From Desulfurococcales archaeon (lineage in GTDB: Archaea > Thermoproteota > Thermoprotei_A > Sulfolobales > NBVN01): a DNA stretch of 60,567 nt. The notes beneath the pieces were generated by a model. That model was not told where the DNA came from. It searched no databases and was given only the letters and a program-made list of their open reading frames with translations. This document shows, piece after piece, positions 8,197 to 16,147 of this stretch. Each line of letters begins with the position of its first letter. Within the stretch, counting starts at the first letter, position 1. The translations under genes and the position numbers were made by a program. The stretch spans positions 1 through 60,567 of the forward strand of contig JALSOP010000022.1 of NCBI GenBank assembly GCA_026986435.1, written 5' to 3'.

Positions 8197-8886
8197 TTGA
8201 GCAATGCCAGGATAACGATCATATTGGCGGAGGCGTCCCTCGAGCTAGTCCCGCCCGAGATAGCACATCACCCTGCAGTCGTGAGAAATGCTAGAAAGCG
8301 GGGTAAGAGCCCGAGGGAGGTGCTCCTGGATATATCTCTTCATTACGCTGCAATGAAGAAGTTAAGAATCAGGGAAAAGAGGGGTAGACCAGATATAGTT
8401 CACGTCACCCTACTGGAGCTCCTTTCATCTCCTCTCAACATTGAGGGAAGGCTGACCACATTTGTGCATACAGTGAATGACTATGTCATAGAGGTCGATC
8501 CCTCTGCCAGGATACCTAGAAATTATAACAGGTTCGTTGGCCTAATGGAGCAACTACTGAACGTAGGCAAGGTGCCTCCCGACAGCGAGGAGCCTCTGCT
8601 AAGGGCGATCCCCATGACGTTCGATAACCTCCTCAAGAGGGTGGGGGTTGAGAGCGTCATACTCCTCAGCGAGGAGGGAGAAATAATGAAGCCTGAGGAG
8701 CTATGCAGGGAATCCGTAGAACGCGGTGAGCCCATCGTCATAGGCGGGTTCCCTCACGGGGACTTCGACCCCTTGATCAAGGAGAGAGCATCGGTTATTG
8801 CGTCAATCTACAAGAGACCCCTCGATACTTGGGTTGTAGCATCAAGGATTGCCTCGGGGTGTGAGAGGCTTCTCAAGATAATGTGA
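8197..8886 (+). CDS. nep1: rRNA small-subunit pseudouridine-N1 methyltransferase Nep1 (Emg1)
   Basis: ITIILAEASLELVPPEI..., RGRPDIVHVTLLELLSSPLN and PRNYNRFVGLMEQLL are the SPOUT/Nep1 hallmark blocks. The start is a TTG. Confidence 0.88.
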   Translation: MSNARITIILAEASLELVPPEIAHHPAVVRNARKRGKSPREVLLDISLHYAAMKKLRIREKRGRPDIVHVTLLELLSSPLNIEGRLTTFVHTVNDYVIEVDPSARIPRNYNRFVGLMEQLLNVGKVPPDSEEPLLRAIPMTFDNLLKRVGVESVILLSEEGEIMKPEELCRESVERGEPIVIGGFPHGDFDPLIKERASVIASIYKRPLDTWVVASRIASGCERLLKIM

Positions 8887-8891
8887 ATGTG

Positions 8892-8994
8892 TGGTGCCCC
8901 GGCCGGGATTTGAACCCGGGTCACGGGCTTTCCACGCAGCCCCGCATGGGCGCTCGAGAGGCCCGCATACTTGGCCGGGCTATACTACCGGGGC
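8892..8994 (-). tRNA. tRNA-Glu (CUC) with a 25-nt intron at the canonical 37/38 position, CCA encoded
   Basis: Reverse complement is GCCCCGG TA GTAT AGCCCGGCCAA GTAT G CGGGC CUCUCG [AGCGCCCATGCGGGGCTGCGTGGAA] A GCCCG TGAC CCGGG TTCAAAT CCCGG CCGGGGC ACCA. The gene is 103 nt and the mature tRNA is 78 nt including CCA. The exact junction is ambiguous by 1-2 nt because of repeated bases. Confidence 0.85.
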
Positions 8995-9022
8995 ACCCCT
9001 CAAGTCCTTGGTCAAGGAGTAT

Positions 9023-9529
9023 TTAAGGTTCACGAGCCCTGCTAATGGCCCTGGCCAGTCTATCCTTAAATAGGTAAGCTACAGTTATGAGGCCTAACTG
9101 GCCCAGGTCGAGCGAGATCGAGCAATGCGAGTTACCGCAGAGGAGATCGAAGAGGGGTAGGGGCACGATGCTTAAGCCCCGGCTAACTGAGATGCTCCCT
9201 AAGTAGGTGAAGTAGGCCACCACCATCACACCCGCCGATATCGCTGAAGCGAGCCGCGTGGACTCTCTGGAGGAGTACGAATGAAGTGCTAAACACACAA
9301 CAAAAACGACGAAGGAGGAAAGCAAAGACGCCGCTATTATGGGGTTTATCCTGGAGAACTTAGCGAAGGGGTACACCCCGAGGTATGATATGCTTATCGT
9401 GAGTACGTATGCAGGGACAAGGTAACTTAACACTGCGGTAACGGTGGTACCGCCCTCCTTCCTCTCAGGCATCGAGAAATCGTGGCTGTCCTCATCCTCC
9501 ACAGTTACTGGGTATTCCTGGCCGCTCAT
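9023..9529 (-). CDS. hypothetical integral membrane protein
   Basis: 168 aa with about 4 hydrophobic helices. No family was recognised. Confidence 0.5.
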   Translation of the reverse strand: MSGQEYPVTVEDEDSHDFSMPERKEGGTTVTAVLSYLVPAYVLTISISYLGVYPFAKFSRINPIIAASLLSSFVVFVVCLALHSYSSRESTRLASAISAGVMVVAYFTYLGSISVSRGLSIVPLPLFDLLCGNSHCSISLDLGQLGLITVAYLFKDRLARAISRAREP

Positions 9530-9585
9530 TCACCATCAGCTCAAATAGTTAAGGGAAAAGGGCCTGTTAACGTTTTAGTGGGAGT

Positions 9586-9888
9586 TTAGTGTGGAAAAGA
9601 GATTCTTTTGATTCGGAACCTACCCACACGCCTGTCTTCGCTAGGGTCCTCCGGCTCCTCTATGGTCTCGAGTTCCGCATCTATCCCCAGGTCCTTCATC
9701 ACATACTCCATGTCAACCACCCATTCGTTAACGCCGCACGTCTCGCAAAAGCTTCCCTCAAATACTATTACGGCCTCACCGTTCTCCAGCCTAATCAGCC
9801 TTGCTGTGGCCTCCGGTGAGCGGTACTTGTTATACTCCTCTATCGCCCTCTCTACCGCCTTTCTCAGCTTCTCGTTCCCTGTGCTCAT
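9586..9888 (-). CDS. hypothetical small CxxC protein (coupled to SOR)
   Basis: 100 aa with a single CETCG motif. Its start overlaps the SOR stop by 4 nt. No family was recognised. Confidence 0.55.
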   Translation of the reverse strand: MSTGNEKLRKAVERAIEEYNKYRSPEATARLIRLENGEAVIVFEGSFCETCGVNEWVVDMEYVMKDLGIDAELETIEEPEDPSEDRRVGRFRIKRISFPH

Positions 9889-10262
9889 TCCTCGACCTTG
9901 ACCTCCTTTCTGCCCTCCCAGAGACCGTGGAGGTTGCAGTAAGCTATGGCATATATGATGCCGCTCTTGCTGAGTTTCGCCTTTATTGTCAGCTCCGGCT
10001 CCACGTAGCCTGGGGCGAAGAACGCCCTTGCCAGCATCACGGGGTTAAAGGTTCTTCCTTCCTCGTAGAAGTATACCTCCACCCACCTTATCGAGTGTTC
10101 TGTTTTGTTGGGATGGGGGCCTACACTGACCTTTATTGTGAACACCTCTCCAGGCTTTACCTTGTCTGGTGCCTCGATCTTCGGTGTATGGCTCTCGACC
10201 TTTGTTATGGCTTCGCCTGAGGCTCGGTCTGGGGAGTATATTAATTCACCGAATGACTTCAC
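9885..10262 (-). CDS. sor: superoxide reductase (1Fe-SOR / neelaredoxin)
   Basis: 125 aa. Iron ligand pattern: ...ESHTPKIE..., VGPHPNKTEHSIRWVE..., AYCNLHGLWE. The start is a GTG. Confidence 0.88.
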   Translation of the reverse strand: MKSFGELIYSPDRASGEAITKVESHTPKIEAPDKVKPGEVFTIKVSVGPHPNKTEHSIRWVEVYFYEEGRTFNPVMLARAFFAPGYVEPELTIKAKLSKSGIIYAIAYCNLHGLWEGRKEVKVEE

Positions 10263-10374
10263 GATTTATCCCCAACGTTTAGGTTATTTAACGGTGTTAA
10301 TAAAGATATCAACAATTCTGTCGCAGGAATTAAAGGAGCACATTATTAAGCATCATTGGGTACGTGGTAAGTGA

Positions 10375-10437
10375 GGGCCCGTGAGGAGAAGAGGGTCACT
10401 GGACTCGAAATGAAGAGTGCCGGAAATGCCGAGGCCC
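10375..10437 (+). ncRNA. candidate C/D-box sRNA with degenerate boxes
   Basis: GGGCCC-GTGAGGA(C)-12 nt-TGGA(D')-6 nt-ATGAAGA(C')-12 nt-CCGA(D)-GGCCC. The 12-nt guide spacing is exactly archaeal and the flanks form a 5-bp terminal stem (GGGCC/GGCCC). However, all four boxes deviate from RUGAUGA/CUGA. Confidence 0.35.
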
Positions 10438-10446
10438 TTGGTAGGA

Positions 10447-10500
10447 GATGATGAGCTTTCAGCGGCCTGAGAGGGTGAGGAACCTAAGGCTTCAGCTGAG
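10447..10500 (+). ncRNA. candidate C/D-box sRNA
   Basis: GATGATGA(C, 10447-10454)-GCTTTCAGCGGC(12 nt)-CTGA(D')-...GTGAGGA(C'-like)-14 nt-CTGA(D, 10496-10499). The first half is perfect. The second guide spacing is 14 nt rather than 12. Confidence 0.45.
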
Positions 10501-10534
10501 CACTTCGTTTTCAAGGTCTCACTAAGCTATCTTG

Positions 10535-10621
10535 TGGCGCCGGGGGCGGGATTCGAACCCGCGTGGGCATGCGCCCACCGGCTCTCCAGGCCGGCCCCTT
10601 GGGCCGCTCGGGCACCCCGGC
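10535..10621 (-). tRNA. tRNA-Ser (GGA), long variable arm, CCA encoded
   Basis: Reverse complement is GCCGGGG TG CCCG AGCGGCCCAA GGGG CCGGC CTGGAGA GCCGG TGGGCGCATGCCCAC GCGGG TTCGAAT CCCGC CCCCGGC GCCA. Confidence 0.9.
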
Positions 10622-10648
10622 TCCGTAGGTAGGGTTTCTGCGAGTCTT

Positions 10649-11719
10649 TTATTTACTTTGCTTTCTTCTCCAGCTCCGTGGGTATGTGCCTCTCTTCATG
10701 ATGACTCTCCTGGTCTTCACCGCTATCCCCTTCCTCCTCTCCAGCACTTCCTCGGTAGACATGAGGGCCCTGCCTACAGCCACAATTTCCCCCTTCAAGG
10801 AGAATATCGCTACTCTCTCACCCCTTCTTATGTTCTCGTGGATCATTGAGATACCAGGTATAGCTAAGTCAGCGCCGTGCGAAATCGCTGAAACCGCTCC
10901 ATCAACGACCACAACCTTCCTCATGTGGGAGACTATGTACTCAGCGGGCAATATCGTCTTTCGTAGGGCTGAGTCATCGTTTTCGTTCCTATACAGGTAC
11001 ACGGCTTCAGAAAGCTCGTGCATAGTGACGAGAGTCGAGTCCTCCTTAAACGGCCCCGTCCTGATCCTGCGCAGCTCTCTCATGTGAGCGCCTACTCCGA
11101 GGATCAGACCTATGTCATGGATGAGCTTCCTCACGTATGTCCCGTGCTCACACTTAATCCGCAAGAGCGCGTAAGGGAACTCATACTCCAGGAGTTCGAT
11201 CTCGTAGACAGTCTTAACGCGTAGGGCACGCTTAACCGATGAACGAAGCGGGGGCCTTTGATAGATCCTCCCTATGAACTCCTTGATCACCTCCCGCAGC
11301 CTTGCCTCTTCAACGGGCTCGTGAAGCTGAGCTACGGCGACGTATTCCTTGGTCGAGAGCATTATCAGGCCTATCAGCTTAGTTGCTGACCCAAGGGCTA
11401 CAGGAAGAACTCCGGACACCTTGGGGTTTCCCCGTGCCCTCTACGGGCGCTCTAGGGTACCCCCGTGCCCGGCCTTCTCGATGCCGAGGATGTTCTTCAG
11501 CCACGCGACGACCTCATGGCTCGTTGGCCCTGGCGGCTTATCGAGATTTACCACGCCCAGGTCGAGGAGTTCCTCGGCACTTCTCTGAGTTGGAAGCTTC
11601 CCGTAGGTAGGATCGGTGCGCGCCTCCTTCAAGGTTATGAACCTATCGTTTACCTCACCGTACTCGTCAAGTTTTCGGATAAATTTTACTCCCTCACGTG
11701 TCACGTCCTCCTTCGACAA
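10649..11719 (-). CDS. cbf5: tRNA/rRNA pseudouridine synthase Cbf5 (TruB family, H/ACA RNP catalytic subunit), interrupted by a 24-nt intron
   Basis: The track splits it into 92-aa and 256-aa ORFs. The N-terminal part ends ...LDKPPGPTSHEVVAWLKNILGIEKAGHGGTL and the C-terminal part continues ...PKVSGVLPVALGSATKL..., with a PUA domain at the C-terminus. Splicing restores the GTLDP motif. Confidence 0.9.
11428..11451 (-). other. bulge-helix-bulge intron in the cbf5 pre-mRNA
   Basis: AGCGCCCGUAGAGGGCACGGGGAA contains an in-frame UAG. Removing it joins CUAG|ACCCC and restores the Asp codon. A BHB fold can be drawn by hand (see findings). Confidence 0.75.
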
Positions 11720-11773
11720 CTAATCACCTGTGTACTCTAGGAAGCGTTGGGGATAATAAGAAGAACCGGGATC

Positions 11774-12097
11774 TCAAGACTTCTGCGCTTTAACTTGAAG
11801 AATTTCCTTGCGACCTATCCTAACTCTCCGCTTCATAAAATCTAATAGACCCGCATTTTCAAGAGCCTTAATCACCTCCTCCTCGCTTGCCCCTTTACTG
11901 ATTTCTATTTTCTTATCGGTAGGCTCTATGTGGCTTATGTTAACTCTTCTCGCCTTCACTCCTGTGAGCTGCTTTGGCCCAGTTATTACAACGAATTTAT
12001 CGTCAATAATGTCGACAATAACAGCTTTTCTACCTGCTTCCCTACCTGCGAGCTTGACCACTATCCTACCTACCTCTATTGCGGGCATACCTAGCAC
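11774..12097 (-). CDS. rpl14e: 50S ribosomal protein L14e
   Basis: KOW-like N-terminus ([34 protein letters not shown]). Conserved position next to cmk and cbf5. Confidence 0.9.
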   Translation of the reverse strand: MLGMPAIEVGRIVVKLAGREAGRKAVIVDIIDDKFVVITGPKQLTGVKARRVNISHIEPTDKKIEISKGASEEEVIKALENAGLLDFMKRRVRIGRKEILQVKAQKS

Positions 12098-12104
12098 CTA
12101 CTCC

Positions 12105-12725
12105 CTAGATTTTGGTACCCTCTATAAGCTTTTGCTTACCGCCTAATCTCTTCAATATTAATTCCACAGCCTTTGACGCCAACTCAATCATTTCCCTCTT
12201 ACTAAAGGTGGCTGTGTTTATTGCTACATCAAATACAGAAATGTCCTCGACGTTTATACCATAGTATTTCCTATACCGCCTCGCCTCACTAGCATCTCTG
12301 ATTTTAAGCTCTCTCAAAGCATCCTCTATACTTCTTCTATCTCTCTGAGCAATCCGGGCTGCTCTTACATCAGTTGGAGCATAAACAAGAATTTTTGCAT
12401 GCGCTATATCTGCAAGTATCCACGCAGAAATATGACCATCAATAACTACACAACCTCTCTTACCTTCCCGCCGACTGATAGCATCTATGAGTTCATCAAT
12501 ACTCCTGTCTTTTTCGGCAAGACGCGAAAATTCCTCAAGACTCATTCGACGTTCATCAGCGAGTCTTCTGAAGATCATTCCCAAAGATACATATCTTAGG
12601 CCGAATCTTTCGGCCAACGCCTTAGCAAGCGTTGATTTACCGCTACCGGGCTTGCCACTAACAGCTATCACAAGGCCTAGCTTACAAGCGTCCATTAGTG
12701 CATTGCTCAACACAAAAACCCTCAC
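12105..12725 (-). CDS. cmk: cytidylate kinase (archaeal type)
   Basis: P-loop VIAVSGKPGSGKSTLAKALAERFGL. Conserved position between L34e and L14e. The likely start is the internal Met at about 12695. Confidence 0.88.
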   Translation of the reverse strand: MRVFVLSNALMDACKLGLVIAVSGKPGSGKSTLAKALAERFGLRYVSLGMIFRRLADERRMSLEEFSRLAEKDRSIDELIDAISRREGKRGCVVIDGHISAWILADIAHAKILVYAPTDVRAARIAQRDRRSIEDALRELKIRDASEARRYRKYYGINVEDISVFDVAINTATFSKREMIELASKAVELILKRLGGKQKLIEGTKI

Positions 12726-13003
12726 AGACTCGCCCTAGCTGCTATCTTTAGAGCTGTCCTTAGACAGTCAGGACATATTACACCGCCGAAGTACCGCTCT
12801 GGCCTCTTCGCTGTCTTCGGCCCCTTTCTGAGGTCTTTCTTATTTCTAGGTACGCCCGCGAGTGGTCTACCGCATATCATACAATGTGCAATATGTTTTT
12901 TCCTCCTTCTGTAGATTATCCTTGTATCTCCTGAGGGACTCCTCCTCTTCAATCTCTTCATGGACCTCGACCTTAGCCCAGGCCTCACCATATCCGCCAA
13001 CAC
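12722..13003 (-). CDS. rpl34e: 50S ribosomal protein L34e
   Basis: 93 aa containing ...RRSPSGDTRIIYRRRKKHIAHCMICGRPLAGV... Confidence 0.9.
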   Translation of the reverse strand: MLADMVRPGLRSRSMKRLKRRSPSGDTRIIYRRRKKHIAHCMICGRPLAGVPRNKKDLRKGPKTAKRPERYFGGVICPDCLRTALKIAARASL

Positions 13004-13040
13004 CCGATATGGGTGATGATTGGGGCTTAAGAACCCTTCT

Positions 13041-13517
13041 TCAGCGACTCTCCCTCCACTCTGTTAGCGCATAAAGACCGGAGATTTTAGCATGTAATGG
13101 CTGGTACGCTATCGCTGTTGCGAGTATTATCAGTAATATATTGAGGCGGCCCTTAATTGAGACAAAAGGGAGAACCAATGGCGATGGAGGCATTACCGGA
13201 GCACCGAGGGAAACTAACAGATAAGTAGCTGTGACCCTACCGAAAGTAAGGGCCGTAAAGAGACTAACCCAAAGCATCATTAAGTTCATGAAAATTACGG
13301 ATGAGACCCTTTTCCGTAACGCGTCATACCTCGCCCTAAGCTCCCTGAGCTTCTTCTCTTTAGTTGTTCTGGACATGCGCTCGGCGATCTCCTGCAGCGC
13401 TTCTAACGTTGACCGGAGGTCTAGTCTTTGAACGTAGCCTCGTAGTATAAAGGAGAACGGTAGAAGCGAGAGCACAGTAAAGAACGCATAGGACGCCGTA
13501 ACTATCACTGTGACCAC
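13041..13517 (-). CDS. DUF106 membrane protein (archaeal YidC/Oxa1/EMC3-like insertase candidate)
   Basis: A TM helix, then a basic coiled-coil (RMSRTTKEKKLRELRARYDALRKR), then further TM helices. It sits in the conserved slot between adk and L34e. Confidence 0.65.
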   Translation of the reverse strand: MVTVIVTASYAFFTVLSLLPFSFILRGYVQRLDLRSTLEALQEIAERMSRTTKEKKLRELRARYDALRKRVSSVIFMNLMMLWVSLFTALTFGRVTATYLLVSLGAPVMPPSPLVLPFVSIKGRLNILLIILATAIAYQPLHAKISGLYALTEWRESR

Positions 13518-13519
13518 GC

Positions 13520-14140
13520 TCAGATATTCTCGATTATGCTCGTTACTGCAGCAGCTGCTTCCTCTGCCTTACCCTCTTCGTTTATTATGAAGTTCACGGA
13601 GGCACCCGCCAGCACAGCGCTCGCTATGCTGAACTGCCTAACGTATGAGAGCAGCTCCTTCACAAGCCTTACATCAGCGTAATCCGCCCTGTACCTCGTC
13701 TTATCTCGTAGCTGTCTCGCCACGATGACGTCCGGGTCCGCTTCCACGACTATTATTGTGTGAGGCCTAAGGTTGGTCATCACATGCAGGGGTAGCCCGG
13801 GCCAGATGCCGGAGGGGGTCTTGATTATCGCGTGCGTATCAACAAAACCAACGAATTTTTCGTACTTCTCTGCCAGTGCCTCAAACTTTTCCCTTATGGC
13901 TGCAGCAGCACCCCCTTGAGCCTCTTGCTGGACGCGGAGGGGGAGCCTCCTTATTTCGTCCCTGGACTGAACAATGCCTTTCTTCTTGAGGTACTCAAGC
14001 ATTTCTGTCCCGAAGTTAAGTATCTCCACTCCGTACCCCTTTGTCTCCAACATATCCTTAGCTATGGAGAGTACTGTGCTCTTGCCGACCCCGGGGAGTC
14101 CAACCACGACAGCGATCTTGGGTTCAGGCACCGAGATCAC
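13520..14140 (-). CDS. adkA: adenylate kinase (archaeal AdkA type)
   Basis: P-loop VVVGLPGVGKSTV. It lies directly downstream of secY. Confidence 0.9.
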   Translation of the reverse strand: MISVPEPKIAVVVGLPGVGKSTVLSIAKDMLETKGYGVEILNFGTEMLEYLKKKGIVQSRDEIRRLPLRVQQEAQGGAAAAIREKFEALAEKYEKFVGFVDTHAIIKTPSGIWPGLPLHVMTNLRPHTIIVVEADPDVIVARQLRDKTRYRADYADVRLVKELLSYVRQFSIASAVLAGASVNFIINEEGKAEEAAAAVTSIIENI

Positions 14141-15546
14141 TCCCCGATCAGTCTCTTCAGCAACGGATAAGCCTCTAACGCTCTCTCGTACGCTATCTGC
14201 TGGTAGAACTGGAGCACTATGCCGACGGCCAGCAGTATGCCGGTGCCGGTGCCAAATGCTCCGAAGATGTCAGCTGTCAGCGCTATCACCGCGACTATTA
14301 TGGAGCTAAGTATCGCAAGCGGGTAGATATACCTAGCAAGCACCATCTCCAAGACCTTCGGATTTCTTCTGAGGCCCGGCATCTGTAAACCGGACTTGAT
14401 CAGGTTCTCAGCGTAGGCTGACGGGCTTAGCCCGGCTATTTCGACCCACATTAGTCCGAAGAGTACTGCTAGCCCGACGAATATCACTGAGTTTATCAGG
14501 GCCCGCAGTGGGTCAATCATTACTGAAAGGAGTCCCCTGGGTGGTGACAAATAATTGATGGCTGTCTGCAGTGCACCTGCAAGCCACGGAGCGCTCTCGC
14601 TCAGGTACGCAGTGACCAGTCTGTTGAAGAGTATCAGGTCCGAGAGGACTATGCCGACCAGCAGTATCGGGATGTTGGTAACATAGATGAACTGTAGCGG
14701 GACGCTTGTTCTTATGCCGGGTGCCCTCTGCGTCATTATGGGCACCCTCACCCTCATCTGCTGTAGGTAGACCAGCACGGCTATGAGCACGAACACCGTG
14801 ATCAGGCCAGTCAGGGATGGCATGACCACCTGCCTTGTGGCCTGGTAGAACGCTGAGTTGAATCCGTACAGCAACCTGGTCATGTCAACGGTGCCTGTCG
14901 TGAGTGCTTGGGCAAGGTACGGGAATATCCCGTAGTACTGATCGGTTCCCTGTGCCAGCACGGGCGCCAGCATGTCCCAGACTATCGTTCTTGCCACACC
15001 CGCGAGGATGAACAGGCTAATACCTGACCCTATTCCGTATCCTTTCTGGATCGCCTCGTCTAGTATCATCAGTATTATTGCTCCGAACATGAACTGAAGG
15101 AATATAGCGAGCGTGAGGAAGGAGGGCAAGCCGTAGGCCATGGAGAACCCGGCTGCCTCGACGCCAGCTATGATTACTCCCAGTCCCTTCTCTGCCTGCG
15201 TGAAGAGCTTCCTGTCAGCAGGGAGCGTCAGGTCGAGGTCTATTAGCTTAGCGCCTACGAGGATCTGTATTATTAGGCCAGCAGTTACCATGGGGCCTAT
15301 TCCCAGCTGGGCTATCGTCCCCCTAGCTGAGGCGAAGACCACACTGATAAGTGCCGGTAGCTGGAATCCCTGAAACTGCGTCGCCACCGAGACCAATGGG
15401 AAGACGACCGTGGAGGCCAGTACGTAGTAAATGACCAGCGCAAGCAGGGTGTAGATTAACCTCCACTTGAGGTCAGGTTTCCTCGACGGCCTCGGCGGCG
15501 ACGGGATGTACTCGCCGATCTTCGCTAACGCCTGAAGTGCCCCCAT
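14137..15546 (-). CDS. secY: preprotein translocase subunit SecY
   Basis: 469 aa with 10 TM helices and a typical SecY sequence. It follows L15. Confidence 0.95.
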   Translation of the reverse strand: MGALQALAKIGEYIPSPPRPSRKPDLKWRLIYTLLALVIYYVLASTVVFPLVSVATQFQGFQLPALISVVFASARGTIAQLGIGPMVTAGLIIQILVGAKLIDLDLTLPADRKLFTQAEKGLGVIIAGVEAAGFSMAYGLPSFLTLAIFLQFMFGAIILMILDEAIQKGYGIGSGISLFILAGVARTIVWDMLAPVLAQGTDQYYGIFPYLAQALTTGTVDMTRLLYGFNSAFYQATRQVVMPSLTGLITVFVLIAVLVYLQQMRVRVPIMTQRAPGIRTSVPLQFIYVTNIPILLVGIVLSDLILFNRLVTAYLSESAPWLAGALQTAINYLSPPRGLLSVMIDPLRALINSVIFVGLAVLFGLMWVEIAGLSPSAYAENLIKSGLQMPGLRRNPKVLEMVLARYIYPLAILSSIIVAVIALTADIFGAFGTGTGILLAVGIVLQFYQQIAYERALEAYPLLKRLIGE

Positions 15547-15574
15547 ATCATCGGCCCTAGTGGGGTCTTAGACC

Positions 15575-15590
15575 GGGATATAAAGGTTTA
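15575..15590 (-). promoter_or_regulatory. TATA-box-like element upstream of secY
   Basis: The minus strand reads AAACCTTTATATCCC about 30-40 nt upstream of the secY ATG, inside the 124-nt L15-secY gap. Confidence 0.4.
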
Positions 15591-15670
15591 ACGAAACTCC
15601 GGAATGAAGCGGTGAATAGGCTATCTGCTGTAGGACCAAAGAATCAAAACAATACCGGGTTTGGTTAAGA

Positions 15671-16144
15671 TTACTCGCCCTCTGAAGCAGGCTTAGTAAT
15701 TATTACTTCGCCGCCAGCCTCCCTAACCTTCTTTATGGCGAGCTCCGTCGCCGCGTACACGGTAACCCTAACAGGCCTGTCTATCCTGCCTCTCCCAAGC
15801 AGTTTATTAACGCCAAGGCTGGTCAGGTTTATCTCGATCATGCCGCCTGACCTTGCCAGCATACCCGTCCTCTCCAGTTCCTTGACGAGCTCGTTAAGTT
15901 CACCGACGTTCATGGTGCGGAAGACTGTCTGCAGTGACGGGTGCCTCGTGAATCCGTGTTTACCGAACCAGTCTGGGTAGTACTTCACAACCCACGACCA
16001 AAAGTGCTTGTGGAAACCGGCAGCACCCACGCCGCCTTTACTACCCGACTTCCTATGCTGGCCTATTCTCCCATACCCCATTGAACGAGTTCTTCCACGC
16101 AGTTTTCTCATCTTTTTCCTTCTACGAACGACCATCTGCATCAC
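15671..16144 (-). CDS. rpl15: 50S ribosomal protein L15 (uL15)
   Basis: ...RKLRGRTRSMGYGRIGQHRKSGSKGGVGAAGFHKH... Confidence 0.93.
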   Translation of the reverse strand: MMQMVVRRRKKMRKLRGRTRSMGYGRIGQHRKSGSKGGVGAAGFHKHFWSWVVKYYPDWFGKHGFTRHPSLQTVFRTMNVGELNELVKELERTGMLARSGGMIEINLTSLGVNKLLGRGRIDRPVRVTVYAATELAIKKVREAGGEVIITKPASEGE

Positions 16145-16147
16145 CCC

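Noticed and set aside
8891-9073. 60-aa plus-strand ORF
   Set aside because: It overlaps the complement of the intron-containing tRNA-Glu gene, and the tRNA explains the sequence.
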